Source of the DNA: Octopus sinensis
Lineage: Eukaryota
DNA: 64,000 bases
Assembly (NCBI RefSeq): GCF_006345805.1
Contig: NC_042997.1
Span: 102,486,001-102,550,000 of the forward strand
Reading direction: 5' to 3'
The notes under the pieces are model-generated. The model ran no database searches. It saw nothing but the letters and a program-made list of their open reading frames with translations, and was not told where the DNA came from. Both the position numbers and the translations under genes were made by a program. Shown here piece by piece: positions 1-11,407 of this stretch (positions are counted from its first letter, which is position 1; the number at the start of each line of letters is the position of its first letter).

Positions 1-844
1 CAAAATGTGAAATGATCAATGCAGATGAGCAGGTAGGTACATCCCTGGCTGTTTGGCCAAGATCCAACAAGGTCGATGTGTAATTGGTTGAAATGCACAT
101 CTGGTATATTGAAGGTGCCAAGCGGTGCCCAGATGCACCTATGCACCTTTGACTTCTGACGGAAAAGGCAGGAGTGTGACCAAGCAGTGATGTCTCATCT
201 CATATTTGGCCAAAAGAATCTAGCCAAAATGTGTTTCACTGTGATAGTGACACTAGGGTGTGACAGGTTATGCAATGTGCTGAAGACTGTTTGTCTGTGG
301 GTCTCCAGAACAAAAGGACAAGGAGAATTCATGCAAGTATCGCACAAAATTTGCGTGTCAGATGTGGGTACTGGCAAGTACTTGAAGTTGCATGTGGCAA
401 AGGCGGGTGAGTATATATCAATTGTCTCTAAGTGAGGTTGATCTTTAGCCAGGAGATGCAGGTCGATGTCTGTGGGTGACGACAGTGAATTCAGTGGTAG
501 GTGCAATAAGGTGTCTGCTGCAGTATTATCAACACCAGAGATATGGTGGATGTCGGCAGTAAATTGGAAAATGAAATCCAAGTGTCTGGTTCCCCACGGA
601 GAGTACTTGTCAGGCTTTGAGCACAGGGCAAAGGTGAGTGGAGAGTGGTCTGTAAAAATCATGAATTGGCATCCCTTGACTGTGTGCCAGAAATGTTTGA
701 CTGCTAAATACATAGCTAACAACTCCCGTCCAAAAGTACTGTAGTGAGCTTCAGCTAGTTTAAGCTGCTGAGAGAAAAAGGCAAGAGGCTGGTGTTGTTG
801 CTGGTGAAATTGTTGTAACACCATCCCTATGACTGTGTTGGATG
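1..844 (-). mobile_element. Ty3/gypsy LTR retrotransposon relic, RNase H to integrase part (continues beyond window start)
   Basis: ORF 195..824(-) has YSTFGRELLAMYLAVKHF, FTDHSPL, HISGVDNTAAD and the integrase zinc-finger start LHNLSHP...RFFWPNM. Degraded integrase core lies at 1-190. Confidence 0.9.
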
Positions 845-2982
845 TGTAGTGATGCTACTGTGTAAGGTTCGTCGATACAGCACCTTTGATCGTGAGCTCC
901 TAGCAATCTATCTATCGGTTCGTCATTTCCAGCATCAACTTGAAGGGCGAGATTTTGTGATCTATACGGATCACCAGCCCCTTATGTTTGCCCTGTGTTC
1001 AAAAACGGACAAACTCTCGCCTCGTGCTTTCCGGCACCTGGATTTTATCTCTCAATTCACTAGTAACATTCGACACATACCTGGAAAAGAGAACGTTCCT
1101 GCTGACGCTCTCTCTCGCCTTCCAGTCTGCACCCTTTCGTCTCCTGCTGCTATCGACTTAGCTGCCATCTTGCAGGAGCAGCCACCTTTGGCGTCGTTAG
1201 ACTTAACTTCTCCCAAGTTCTCCTGTTGCCAGTTTTCCGTCAGCCAAAGGCACCATACTTTGTGATACTTCCACTGGTTCTCCCAGGCCACTCGTGCCTG
1301 AGAATCATCAACACTCAGTGTTTGAAGCACTGCACTCCTTATCACATCCCGGCATCGCTACCACCCTTAAACTAATCACTGCTCGGTTTTTCTGGCCGAA
1401 TATGCGTCGCACTATTACTTCTTGGACACGCACCTGCTCCAAGTGTCAATGGTCCAAGATTCAACGGCACGTTCGTGCCCCGCTTGGACATTTTCCCCCC
1501 ACGGAGGCCCATTTTCGCCATGTCCACATCGATCTGGTTGGACCATGGCCTGTGAGTTGCGGGTTTTCTTATCTGTTAACTTGTGTCGATTGCTACTCCC
1601 ACTGGCCAGAAGCCATTCCGATAGCATACATTTCTGCTGAGACTGTTGCGCGAGCTTTCGTTTCAAACTGGATTTCCCGTTTCGGAGTCCCGTCCCGATT
1701 GACTACTGATCGTGGACGTCAGTTTGAAGCCTCGCTATTTCGCGAATTGTCATGCATTTTAGGTGTGCATCATATCCACACTACTAGCTATCACCCAGCG
1801 TCTAATGGATTAGTTGAATGGTTCCATAGACAGCTCAAGGCCGCTCTTCGTGCCTCTTCAGATCCACTGTCCTGGATTGAATTTCTGCCCATTGTGCTTC
1901 TCGGTTGTCGGACTGCTGTCAAGGCAGACCTGGGGTTTTCTGCTGCAGAGCTGCTGTATGGTACCACACTGGCATTGCCTGGTACGATGTTGGTGCCAGA
2001 CACTTCCCAGCCCCATGATCCGGCAACCTATGTCACCAGACTGCGTGCATATTTCTCGAATCTTCCTCCGATGGTTCCCAGGAAGCAATCTCCACCATCC
2101 CATCTCCCACCGGATATGGACACTTGGTCGCATGTTTTTGTTCGGGACGACTCTGTCAAGGAGCCACTTGTTTCTCCCTATAAAGGACCTTTCCGTGTGC
2201 TTTCTCGCACACCTAAGGTTTTCACTATTGAAATAATGGTCATTCGGAGACCGTTTCCGTGGACCGATTAAAGAAAGCATACTTTGAGACGTCTTCATCT
2301 TTTGATGACAACCTTGCCACACCCACCTATGCACCTTTAACAACACCTTCACCTGCACAGACACCTTTGCCTTCACCGGCTCCTACAACACCACCCTCGC
2401 CGTCAACGGGTGCCCCGAGCACACCATATGTTACAAGATCGGGCAGAACAGTGCATTGGCCCAAGAAACTTTCAAAGACAATCTATATTTAACTTTCTTT
2501 CAAATTTCTTGTGTTTTTGTATGATATTATGTACCAAATCTTCTGGGGGATCGGCAAGCCATCTGTTTTTCTGCAGCACCACTACAAATTTTCTTGTTTT
2601 CATACTTCCGCACTCAAGGGGGAGCCATGTAGTGATGCTACTGTGTAAGGTTCAGCGCGCATGCGCAGAATGGGACTACTTCCGGGTGGCCACCGGAAGT
2701 CTTCCCCATGTGCATGTGCGGGAAACTGACCCCCTAAGGCACACAGATTCATTCGTTCTCTCTGGGCATTTCAGCCATCGTGAACAGACGTGCATTGGTA
2801 GTCTCTGATAACCACACCGACTTAGCCGCGGACGACATCGAACCACTTCAACCAACGAACAAGAAGCTGTACAACAGATTTGGCTGTCGTTTTCCCATCA
2901 GATATACGTACACCATCACGATTAATAAACAAACTGCTGTCTTTCACCGATAACCTGACTTCATCTGTTATATCTAACTAAA
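845..2982 (+). mobile_element. Nested, internally deleted Ty3/gypsy element: 26-nt 5' LTR stub fused to RNase H-integrase, then PPT and 3' LTR
   Basis: 845-870 (TGTAGTGATGCTACTGTGTAAGGTTC) is identical to the first 26 nt of the LTR at 2628. ORFs 849..1265 (RNase H), 1294..2271 (integrase: HIDLVGP, TTDRGRQFE, NGLVEWFHR) and 2259..2492 (TRSGR tail) are frameshifted. PPT AAGGGGGAG at 2616-2624. Confidence 0.9.
2628..2982 (+). repeat. 3' LTR of the nested gypsy element (~355 bp)
   Basis: Starts TGTAGT directly after the PPT and has AATAAA near 2923. It ends ...CTAACTAAA, probably a mutated CA terminus, so the end is approximate. Confidence 0.75.
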
Positions 2983-2987
2983 TTGTA

Positions 2988-3043
2988 TGTAACGGGATCG
3001 GATCGACACCCTTTCAGTGATACCGATACCAGATCCTGTTACA
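2988..3043. mobile_element. 56-bp TGT..ACA mini-element with 12-bp terminal inverted repeats
   Basis: TGTAACGGGATC ... GATCCTGTTACA (1 mismatch), followed by the GATG target duplication at 3044-3047. Confidence 0.55.
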
Positions 3044-3720
3044 GATGCATCCACTATAAAGGATAGCTGAGCATCCATGACAGGGTGGGCAAGAAGCGAT
3101 ACCTGAGTGAGTTGTTGCTCTGCTATGTTGAAGGAGTCAAGTTGGGTGGAGTCCAATGCTATTCCTCTTTCTCCTATTCTGAAGGAGCGAGTTTATCAGA
3201 TATAGAATTTCAACTGAATAAGGAACAAAGCAGCGATAAAAGTTGAATACTGCCAAGAAATGTTGGAAGTGATGTAACGAGGTGGGTGGAGGTAACTTCT
3301 GCAATGCCTTCACCTTGTCAGGCAGTGGTGATATGCCTTCAGGGCTGATGATGTGACCTAGGAAGGCCAAAGAAGATGTGCTGGAAACACATTTGGTAGG
3401 GTTGATCCATACTTGGTAAGTCTTGAATTGCTCAAACAGCTGATGTACATGATGGAGATGTTCCTTGGGTGAGGCACTAGCTATCAAGATGTCATCGATG
3501 TATGCATAGACGAAGTCTAAGTCTCAAACGACTTGGTCTATGAATCTTTGAAATGTGCTGGCTGAATTCTGTATACCAAATAGCATAGTTAGGAAGAATA
3601 GCATAGAAGGCACCAAAAGGAGGCAGTCTTTGGAATATCCTCTGGATTCACAGGAATCTGCATGGGTTCTCTCTTGATTACTATGTTTGAAATGAAGTGA
3701 GCACAACTTGTTGGATACAT
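3044..3720 (-). mobile_element. Ty3/gypsy relic, RT and connection domain (upstream part of the element at 1-844)
   Basis: ORF fragments give QIPVNPEDIPKT (about 3630-3670), MLFGIQNSASTFQRFIDQV, LAFLGHIISPEGISPLPDKVKAL and LLAHP...FIVDAS. The frame rejoins 844 when 845-3043 plus one GATG is removed. Confidence 0.88.
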
Positions 3721-3859
3721 AATGTCAGTGTATGTGAGTGACAATACTCACATACAGTGTAGGGTTCAACATTTCTGATAGAGTTGTAGGGAGTCCATTG
3801 TGACATACACTGTACACTAGTTTTCTCTATCTGTTATAGCTATGTGCCAAACTTGTGGG

Positions 3860-4400
3860 TCTCTGCTAATTATTTGCCATTCCATTCATTCCATGTCCAG
3901 TAAGATTTTCTTCTGCTTCCTTCTTTCTCCAACCACATTTCCTTGAAGAATGGTTTTTGAAAGTCCTTGAATTTAGTTCCATTTCAAATAGCCCCACCAT
4001 TTCAGCTTTCTTTTCTTCATCTCTGTGTGTGTCACTGTGATGCTGTACTGTTATATGAACTTGCTCATTTGGGATGTGTTCTAAATATGAAATATCTAAG
4101 TTGTTGTGGAAGCATCTCCTTACTTGTACCTCTACCTTTCTCTGAACTCTACAAACATCCATGTATACAAGAAAGTGAAGAGAACCAGTGAATACTGGAG
4201 TATAATGTTTCTCTTGTTAGTGATGTTTTTATCTCTCCACAATAGCTTCGGTTTGATTTGGGAAGTTATTGCCTCTGCAGTTCTTGCAAAGATTTCTAGT
4301 CTTACCCTTTTATCATTAATGACTACTGCCAGATATTTAAACAACTGTACAATCTCTAGTTTCTCTCTTAGAATAGAGAAGTCTGATGTAATGTTTGTAT
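3860..4400 (-). mobile_element. RTE-clade LINE fragment (C-terminal RT region), degraded
   Basis: ORFs 4132..4440 and 3866..4162 give LEIVQLFKYLAVVIND, LWRDKNI, RCFHNNLDISYLEHIPNEQV and GWRKKEA, typical of RTE/BovB-like C-termini. Confidence 0.75.
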
Positions 4401-4468
4401 ATATTATCATGAGATCTTTTTCAACAGCACGCCCACGCACGCTTGTTATATAGCATGTTCATTACATA

Positions 4469-4588
4469 AGGGTGAATCAGAAAGTAATGCAATTCTTATT
4501 TGCATTACTTTTTTACTTACTCTCATATACAGGAAAGTAAATAAAAAAGTAATGCAAATAAAGATTGTATTACTTTCTGACTCACTCT
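4469..4588. mobile_element. 120-bp palindromic MITE-like element, possibly mariner-TIR derived
   Basis: 56-nt arms (4469-4524 and 4533-4588) with 7 mismatches and an 8-nt loop. The terminus resembles mariner TIRs (inference). Confidence 0.55.
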
Positions 4589-4989
4589 GGTTTTTTTTTT
4601 CTTTTTTACACATAGACACAATTTTTTCATTGAAACAATTTAAAATCAGTAAATAGAATACTTGCAGTATGACACGAATTATTATTTTTTAAATTTTAAT
4701 ATTGAAATTAATAAGATTATCGTGTCATTAGCGAACAATTGAAGTTACTTTAAACTTTAACGTAAGGGAAGTAATCATGCTGATTGAGTACGAACCCTTT
4801 TTCTTATTAGTGTCCCTTGGCACATGGCATTTCAAATTTACTTATAGATGTTATATTTTCGTTTACCGTATTTTACCACTTTTCTTTTTTTTTTTTAATC
4901 AAAAATTAGGTTAAAAATACGGGAGTTCCTTATATAGGGGTAATATTATAGATTTTAATAAATTATTTAATTCTTCGAATCTCAAATCT

Positions 4990-5400
4990 CCATGACTTAC
5001 AACAGCACATACCTCGAGCCAACACCCAAAGGGTTACAACGTCCTATTGGATGAGTTGCTATCCGTTCAAGCAACGGCATAAAGCGGCCATGCCGAACCA
5101 ATCGTCTGCCGAACAGTACTTACCCGTGCTCACTGAGGCTGTTAGATCCGTATTTTTGTATTAACCCAAGAGTTCTATATTGTATTTAAAATTGCGAGAT
5201 CTGAACAGATCCAAATTGCGAGCAAAGTGCAGACATTTACACTTTTTTAAAAACCCACGTCGCATACAGATGTCATACAACCTATCAGAGACAGCAAACA
5301 TGCTCAATAGCCATGTATGGCAATGCAGCTCACTCTGAAACAGGCGTGAATGTAGCATAACCAAATATGGAAATTCAACTGAGACACAACCTTAGGTATT
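4990..5400 (-). promoter_or_regulatory. Putative promoter and non-coding first exon of a leftward gene
   Basis: Locally CpG-rich. Minus-strand donors CGG|GTAAGT (exon end 5124) and GAG|GTATGT (5013). CCAAT boxes near 5047 and 5098. No coding evidence. Confidence 0.3.
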
Positions 5401-5404
5401 GTCT

Positions 5405-6435
5405 ATTGTTATTTAAATTTATGAGTTCAATAAAGGTAACAACTCAATGGAAAGTGCGAGGAATATTAATGCAGTATATGGGGATCAGACAATAAGTGTG
5501 GAGTTTCCAGAAATTCTGAGCTGGAAACTATGGCCTAGAAGACGAGCCTTGTCCTGGAAGATCTGTAGAGCTTTATGAGGATGTCCTGCAAACTCTGGGG
5601 GAACAAAATCCCATTGTAACTGTTGAGGAACTAGCAGAGACACTTGAATTTGGTCATTCAACCATTCACCGACACCTGTATGCCATCAGTAAATTGGGTC
5701 AATGGGTTCCTCACAAACTTTCTGAGTCTAATCACATGCAGAGAGTGAATGTGTGCTCTTGTTTGCAGTTACGTTTCACAAATGAACATTTTCTGGACCA
5801 AATAGTGACTGGTGATGAGAAATGAGTTCTCTATAAAAATGTCAAGCACTGAAGACAGTGGGCAGGGAAAAGAGAAACACCAGCACTCCAGGTTAAAGGT
5901 CTTCACTTACGTAAGGTGTTGTTATCTGTTTGGTGGAATAAGAAAGATTTAGTCCACTTTGAACTTTGAAACCCAAACCAAATGATAATGTAGATCTACT
6001 GCAAGCAGCTTCAGCAGGAAAACGACCATCTTTGGTTTCAAGACAAAAGGTGTTCTTCCATCAAGATAATACTTGGCTACATACTGCGAGGATGACATTT
6101 CAAAGGCTGGAGCAGTTTGAATCGGAAACGATGCCCCACCCACCATATTCACTGGACATCATCCCATCTGATTATCATTTACTCTGCAATCTTCAAAATC
6201 ATTTGGACGGAAAAAATATGAATTCTGTAGATGAAGTCAGAACAGTACTGGAGGAGTATTTTTCATCACAGACAAGTGAATTTTGGAAGAGAGGCCTTGC
6301 AAGTCTACTAGATAGATGGGAGAGCATTGTAGAAAATGGAGAGTATATTTTAGATTTTAAAAAAACTTTGCTTATCTTAATTTTGAAAAATAAAAGAAGT
6401 ATAAAAAGCCGCATTATTTAAGGGATGACCCAATA
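5405..6435 (+). mobile_element. Mariner (Tc1/mariner) transposon, 5'-truncated, transposase pseudogene
   Basis: Motifs WVPHKL (~5703), IVTGDEK* (~5802), HQDNTWLH and PHPPYSLDIIPSDYHL (YSPDL-like). The right TIR ...GATGACCCAATA ends at 6435 and is followed by TA. Multiple stops and frameshifts. Confidence 0.9.
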
Positions 6436-7929
6436 TATCGAATTTATAGATTCCAGGGAGGAATATTGTCTCTGGTTAAGGTTTACTACCACTGTATCAA
6501 GAGATATCATCTATCTAAGATACTCACCTGAGTCTCAGCTCTCATCTAGGGCTTCCTCTAGTTGGTAACATGTAACTCTGAATAAAAGGAGAGCATATAT
6601 TTTGGTTTGTTCAAAGCAGTCTATCATCATAGAAATCACTGGAAGAGGCAGAGAGAAGAAAGTTCACATCTGTGAATTTGTGTCTGAAATGTGTTGATGA
6701 TTGAATTTTTGTCCATCAGTCTGATGGCTCTTTCAGATGTGGTCTAGGCTGTTTGTGTGTTTAGTTCTTTTTTTCTCATTGACTGACTCTACTTCACTTC
6801 AATTTTTTTCTTTATTTGCTACTTCTTTCTAGTGTTTATCAAGGACACACACATACAGAGTTATATAAGAATAACCAATACTATATTATGACACAGAATG
6901 CTTAATTCTTTTCTTAATCTTCAGTTTCTTTACTAATTCGTGGTCTGACTTATTTTTAACAATGCAACCTGAAATTTTCTGTGCTTTCTGTTCTGGGCAA
7001 TTTTAATGATAATGACCATAAGCAACAAGTTTCAATAATTTTCTCAAAGTTTTTCCAAAACTAAATATATTCAGTCATTGTTATCATTTGTAAACATGGG
7101 AATCTTTACTAGCTAATTTTTACTAAGCATTTGTTTCTTGATTGTATCTGACTACTGGCTATTTCTGAAAATTAGAATACTTCTCTTTGATGTGATATAA
7201 TAGGCCTTGTCATGCTATAAGTTTTTGCTTCAATGCTTTTTGGTTGGGAGATATTTAATGAGGGTTTTTGTTGACTTTCCTAAGTTAATAGGGTCATAGC
7301 AGAAAGAAGAAGAGTGGGGAGAGAGAAGATTTCTAGTGTCAACTGCTAAGAATTAAACAACACTGTATCATTTCTATTTGATATTGTAATTTTGATGACA
7401 GGTATAAAAGGTAGTTTGTCAGGTACATAGGAGTCTAAAACGACCCAATCTCCTACAGGCTATTGCTTTCAACTGGAAACTGGCAGTATAGTGAAAAGGT
7501 GATATGAAATGGCTTGGCTAGGAATCAGACATACATCCAAGCATTGGCTTGCTGGTAACCTACTACAATGTTAAAATACGTAGAATTTCCCCTCTATATC
7601 AGAAATAAATATATATCTTACGTAAATTGATGAATAAATATAATACAATTTTTTTCAATTGATTGCATATTTTATGCTGAGAACATTAGTTTTGTACTTT
7701 GTTAAAAAGAATTTCGATATCCCTTTTGTTACCATATTTCTATTGAAATATGCTACCTTTGTTTCAATTAAGTTTGAAAATAATGAAGAATTTGGTAAAA
7801 TAATTTTGTCATTATTAAACTGGTGTTTAAAATTAAAATTAGCAGGAAGTTTTGATGGAAGGCTTTAGTTTGGATCATTTTAAAACAACAAGTTTGTATC
7901 AAAAGACCAAGGACAGTCTCAGGTGGGTC

Positions 7930-8400
7930 ATTGTTGTCATAATTTATCATCCGCTTTCCATGCTGGCATGGGTTGGACAGTTTGACAGGAACTGGTCAAA
8001 AAGAGAGCTGTCCAGACTTCAGTTGACTGTTATAGCATGGTTTCTACAGCTGGATGCCCTTCTTAATGTCAACTACTTTATAGAGTGTGCTGGGTGCTTT
8101 TTGCATGCCACTGGCATGAACGTATTTATGTAGCAATAGCACAAGTGCATTTTGCATGGCACCAGCATGAGTGCCTTTTATGTGACACAGGCACCTGCAA
8201 AGGACATGCCTGTATGTATGGATGGCCATGATCTTACTTAGCTTGATGTGTCTTCTCAAGTACAGCAAATCACCAAAACTCCCAATACCTTGTCATTTCC
8301 TCAGTGAGGCCCAGAATCTGAAGATCCTTTCTCACAACTTCATCCTACATCTTCCTGGGTCTACCTCTTTCACAGGTTCCCTTCACAATTAGAGATTGGC
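7930..8400 (-). repeat. RTE-LINE 3'-end derived short element (CATGCTGGCATGGG / TACAGCTGGATGCCCTTC family)
   Basis: Same motifs as the 3' UTR of the RTE at 16200-16600. Related copies at about 31680, 47030, 50170, 50660, 53215, 54860, 60500, 60610, 62100 and 62630. Confidence 0.7.
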
Positions 8401-8590
8401 ACTTCTTTAAACAGTTGTTCTTATTCAAAGGGGTTAATTCATTGCTTATAATGATACTCATGATCTAAACTTTTAAATATTTTCCTTAACACTTGTTATA
8501 TTTCTGTTGAAATATAACTGCCTTTTACCAATTAATTTCAAAAATAATGTAGTATGTAGTAAAATAACTGTCATTATTAATCAGGTGTTT

Positions 8591-8764
8591 CAGGTGGTGA
8601 GCTGGCAGAATTATTAGCACATTGGCATTTTGTCCATTTTTACATTCTGAGTTCGAATTTCACTAAGTTCAACTTTGCCTTTCATCCTTTTGGGGTCAAT
8701 GAGTACTGGGATCAATGAAATCGATTTATCTCCTCCCCACCAAATTGTGCCAAAATTTGAAACC
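8591..8764 (+). mobile_element. tRNA-derived SINE family A with 18-bp target-site duplication
   Basis: A-box-like TGGCAGAA and B-box GTTCGAATT. TSD ATTATTAATCAGGTGTTT (8573-8590) / ATTATTAATCAAGTGTTT (8765-8782). Confidence 0.8.
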
Positions 8765-10190
8765 ATTATTAATCAAGTGTTTGGAATATAACATGAAATT
8801 TTTATGAAAGATTTAAATTTAGATCATTTTAAAACAATAAGTTTGTATCATACAACCAAAGGCGGCTTTAAAAGGGTGACAAAAAAAAAAAAATCAACTG
8901 GCATTGACTACGTGTCAAAGAAAGTTGCTTGACCACTTAAGTTTGAATAATTATATGCATATAATGTTCTATTTTCATAGATCTAGATTGCTTGCCTACT
9001 TTGTGACACCCTAACTAAACAAACCTGAAAAAAATAACAGTAATTCTAAATAAATAATCTCAAACTGTGTCTTACATTGCTCAATAACTAAGACTCTCAA
9101 TCTTTTTTTTCTTATAATGATACTTTTTCAGACTTCAAATATAGTTACAGTTATAAAATAGCTGCTTTAGGTGAACAGCTGAGACATTTTATTTACAAAA
9201 GAACACAGAACCTAAACACATTAAACAAGTGGTTATATGATGAAATTGCTATAACTATTGCTGTTTATTAGACTCACAGAGCTTTCTATTTTAAGAAGAC
9301 TAGCTGGAATTATTAACAAAATAAAGCATTTAATTTGCATTTAGCCTTGGGCATCGAATTTTTATAGTAAGCACGCTCTTCTTGAATTTAGGACTTGATA
9401 TATGCAGTCTGTACCTAAATATGGATAGAAAGTTCATTAAAGGGGTATTGGTGGATAAAATTAAATCAGTTGGGAAGCTACAAAAATGCTTTGGTATGAT
9501 TAAAGTGTCATTCAGTAAGGAATGTGTGTGTGAGAGAGAAAAAGAAAACACACACACACAACCATAACATCCTGGACTGCTTTCAAAGGGCCACTGGCAT
9601 TAACTCACTAACAGACATTCTTCAGCTTCTGGCCCAGAAGTTTGAAGTATTCTCTCTATGCGTTCGCCTAATGAATGGCCTCTGTTCAATAGAGCTGGCT
9701 GGTCTCTGACTAAGGCACTCCATATGTATTCCTCTCTCCTGCCTTTCATCACACTTTTTGCATCCACTTTCTCCTTCCTCACTAACTACAATATCCAGTC
9801 CTTTCTCCCCAGAAAGTACTGGATATTGTAGTTAATTCACTCATCTTCCTTTTCCTCACCCCCCCCCATCAGTTTTGTTTATTGTATGATTTTTTATGTT
9901 AGTATGACACTAAATGACCAGAGGGATACATTTCCCGCATAGGCCTTTAGCCTTTCGGTGATAACTTTTTTAAGCAGCTAAACTGAACTTCACATTGCAG
10001 ACTATCGAATCATCATTCTTCAACATTAGTTCTACCTCTGTTGTAATTTAGGGAATGATGCGAGTCAACGAGGAAGCTTCGATGTTGTCTTTTGATTTAC
10101 TAATTATATCAGCCAAATTTCTCTCAACGCACACATTAACGTTAATAAAAAAATGGCTAATGTAATCTTACATAAATAAGACGGGTACTA

Positions 10191-10404
10191 CATCCGCGCT
10201 AGCTAGTCATGACTAGTCAATCCTTACTTTGTGTTTTTATATTTTATTTACTTTGTTTAGAAAAATTATTTACTTTGTTTTTGTGTTATGTTTACTTTGT
10301 TTTAAAAAAATTATTTACTTTGTGTAAAAAAACATTTTGTGTTTTATTTACTTTGCTAGGTAGTCGTTGAAGGATCGACTAGTTATAACAAGCTAGTGCG
10401 GATG
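10191..10404. mobile_element. MITE-like element with 35-bp imperfect TIRs and internal TTACTTTG tandem units
   Basis: CATCCGCGCTAGCTAGTCATGACTAGTCAATCCTT versus the reverse complement of AAGGATCGACTAGTTATAACAAGCTAGTGCGGATG. Six TTACTTTG units lie between them. Confidence 0.55.
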
Positions 10405-11393
10405 CGCGACTACGCGAGTGCGCGCACCGGGATCACTCTTCTGAAGTAAAACCAATAAGACGATCACAACTGGAACGCCTTTGTTCTTAGGTCTTGTTCA
10501 ATCAGCATCGATCTGGGATGAAACAATAACATAAGTGTCATTGGCAGAGAATTCTGTCATCTTGCAGTACCTTCTTTTAGATAAGGCGGACTAAAATGTT
10601 TGACTGGGCCCCCTAAATTTTCATTCCTTGTACCTATAATAACAGAAAGTACTACATATGTCGGGGATCCATCGCAGAACGAACGACTAAAACAGGCGCT
10701 CTCACGTTTATTTTTGTTTTTTGATCTGGCGGAGTTTTGGATGGCAGTGCAGAAGGGAGGGGAGTGAAGAAAACAACAAAGATTTTCAAACATTTTTTAA
10801 ATAAAAAGCATCCCCACCAACACTTGAAAGGTCGTGAGAAGAAAATTGGAAAAATCCCTGTCAATACGAAGAAAATCCAACTTATGTGGGCACCTTGATC
10901 CGAAACTCCGCCTTCGATCTCAAATGAGTCCTGATCGAACAGGTGTTCCAAGCAGTAATTACTTTGGATTTATTTCAGATATAGTGTATCTAAGACTAAA
11001 TTATCCAATCTCTTATGTCTGAGATAGGTTTGCCTGTTATTTCTAGCATTTTGAGAGACTGCATCAAGGCTCCTGTCTCACCTGTTGTTTTCAAAATAAG
11101 CGTGGCTCGGGGGTTATTTCCCTTGACTCTCCCCAGACAAAACAAAACTAAATTTAATTCTCAGCCAACTCTCGTCCTGCAAGCTTTTAATTTATATTTA
11201 GTGAGAATGTTTCATCCCAAGCATTCTAAAACAAATCGCAAATACCCCATGGTTGGTATTATTATTTATTTCAATTAAGATTTTATTTACTGTAAAAATC
11301 AGAAGTTTCTGTAATTCAGAGAAATGTCAAAATTATTATTTTTTACGAGTAAATTTTCAATGAATTTCACTCCGTTTTCTGACTATGTACTTG

Positions 11394-11407
11394 GTATCCA
11401 TGGCAAC
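11394..11407 (+). promoter_or_regulatory. RFX X-box in the putative CEP89 promoter
   Basis: GTATCCATGGCAAC fits the invertebrate X-box consensus GTHNYY-AT-RRNAAC. It lies in a CpG-enriched region upstream of a ciliogenesis gene. Confidence 0.6.

Noticed and set aside
10220-10340. CRISPR-like or other spaced repeat arrays
   Set aside because: Units are short, AT-rich and irregularly spaced, and there are no cas genes. The DNA is eukaryotic.
10652-10951. 99-aa minus-strand ORF near the promoter
   Set aside because: No recognisable domain and no splice support. Probably a chance ORF in a GC-richer region.
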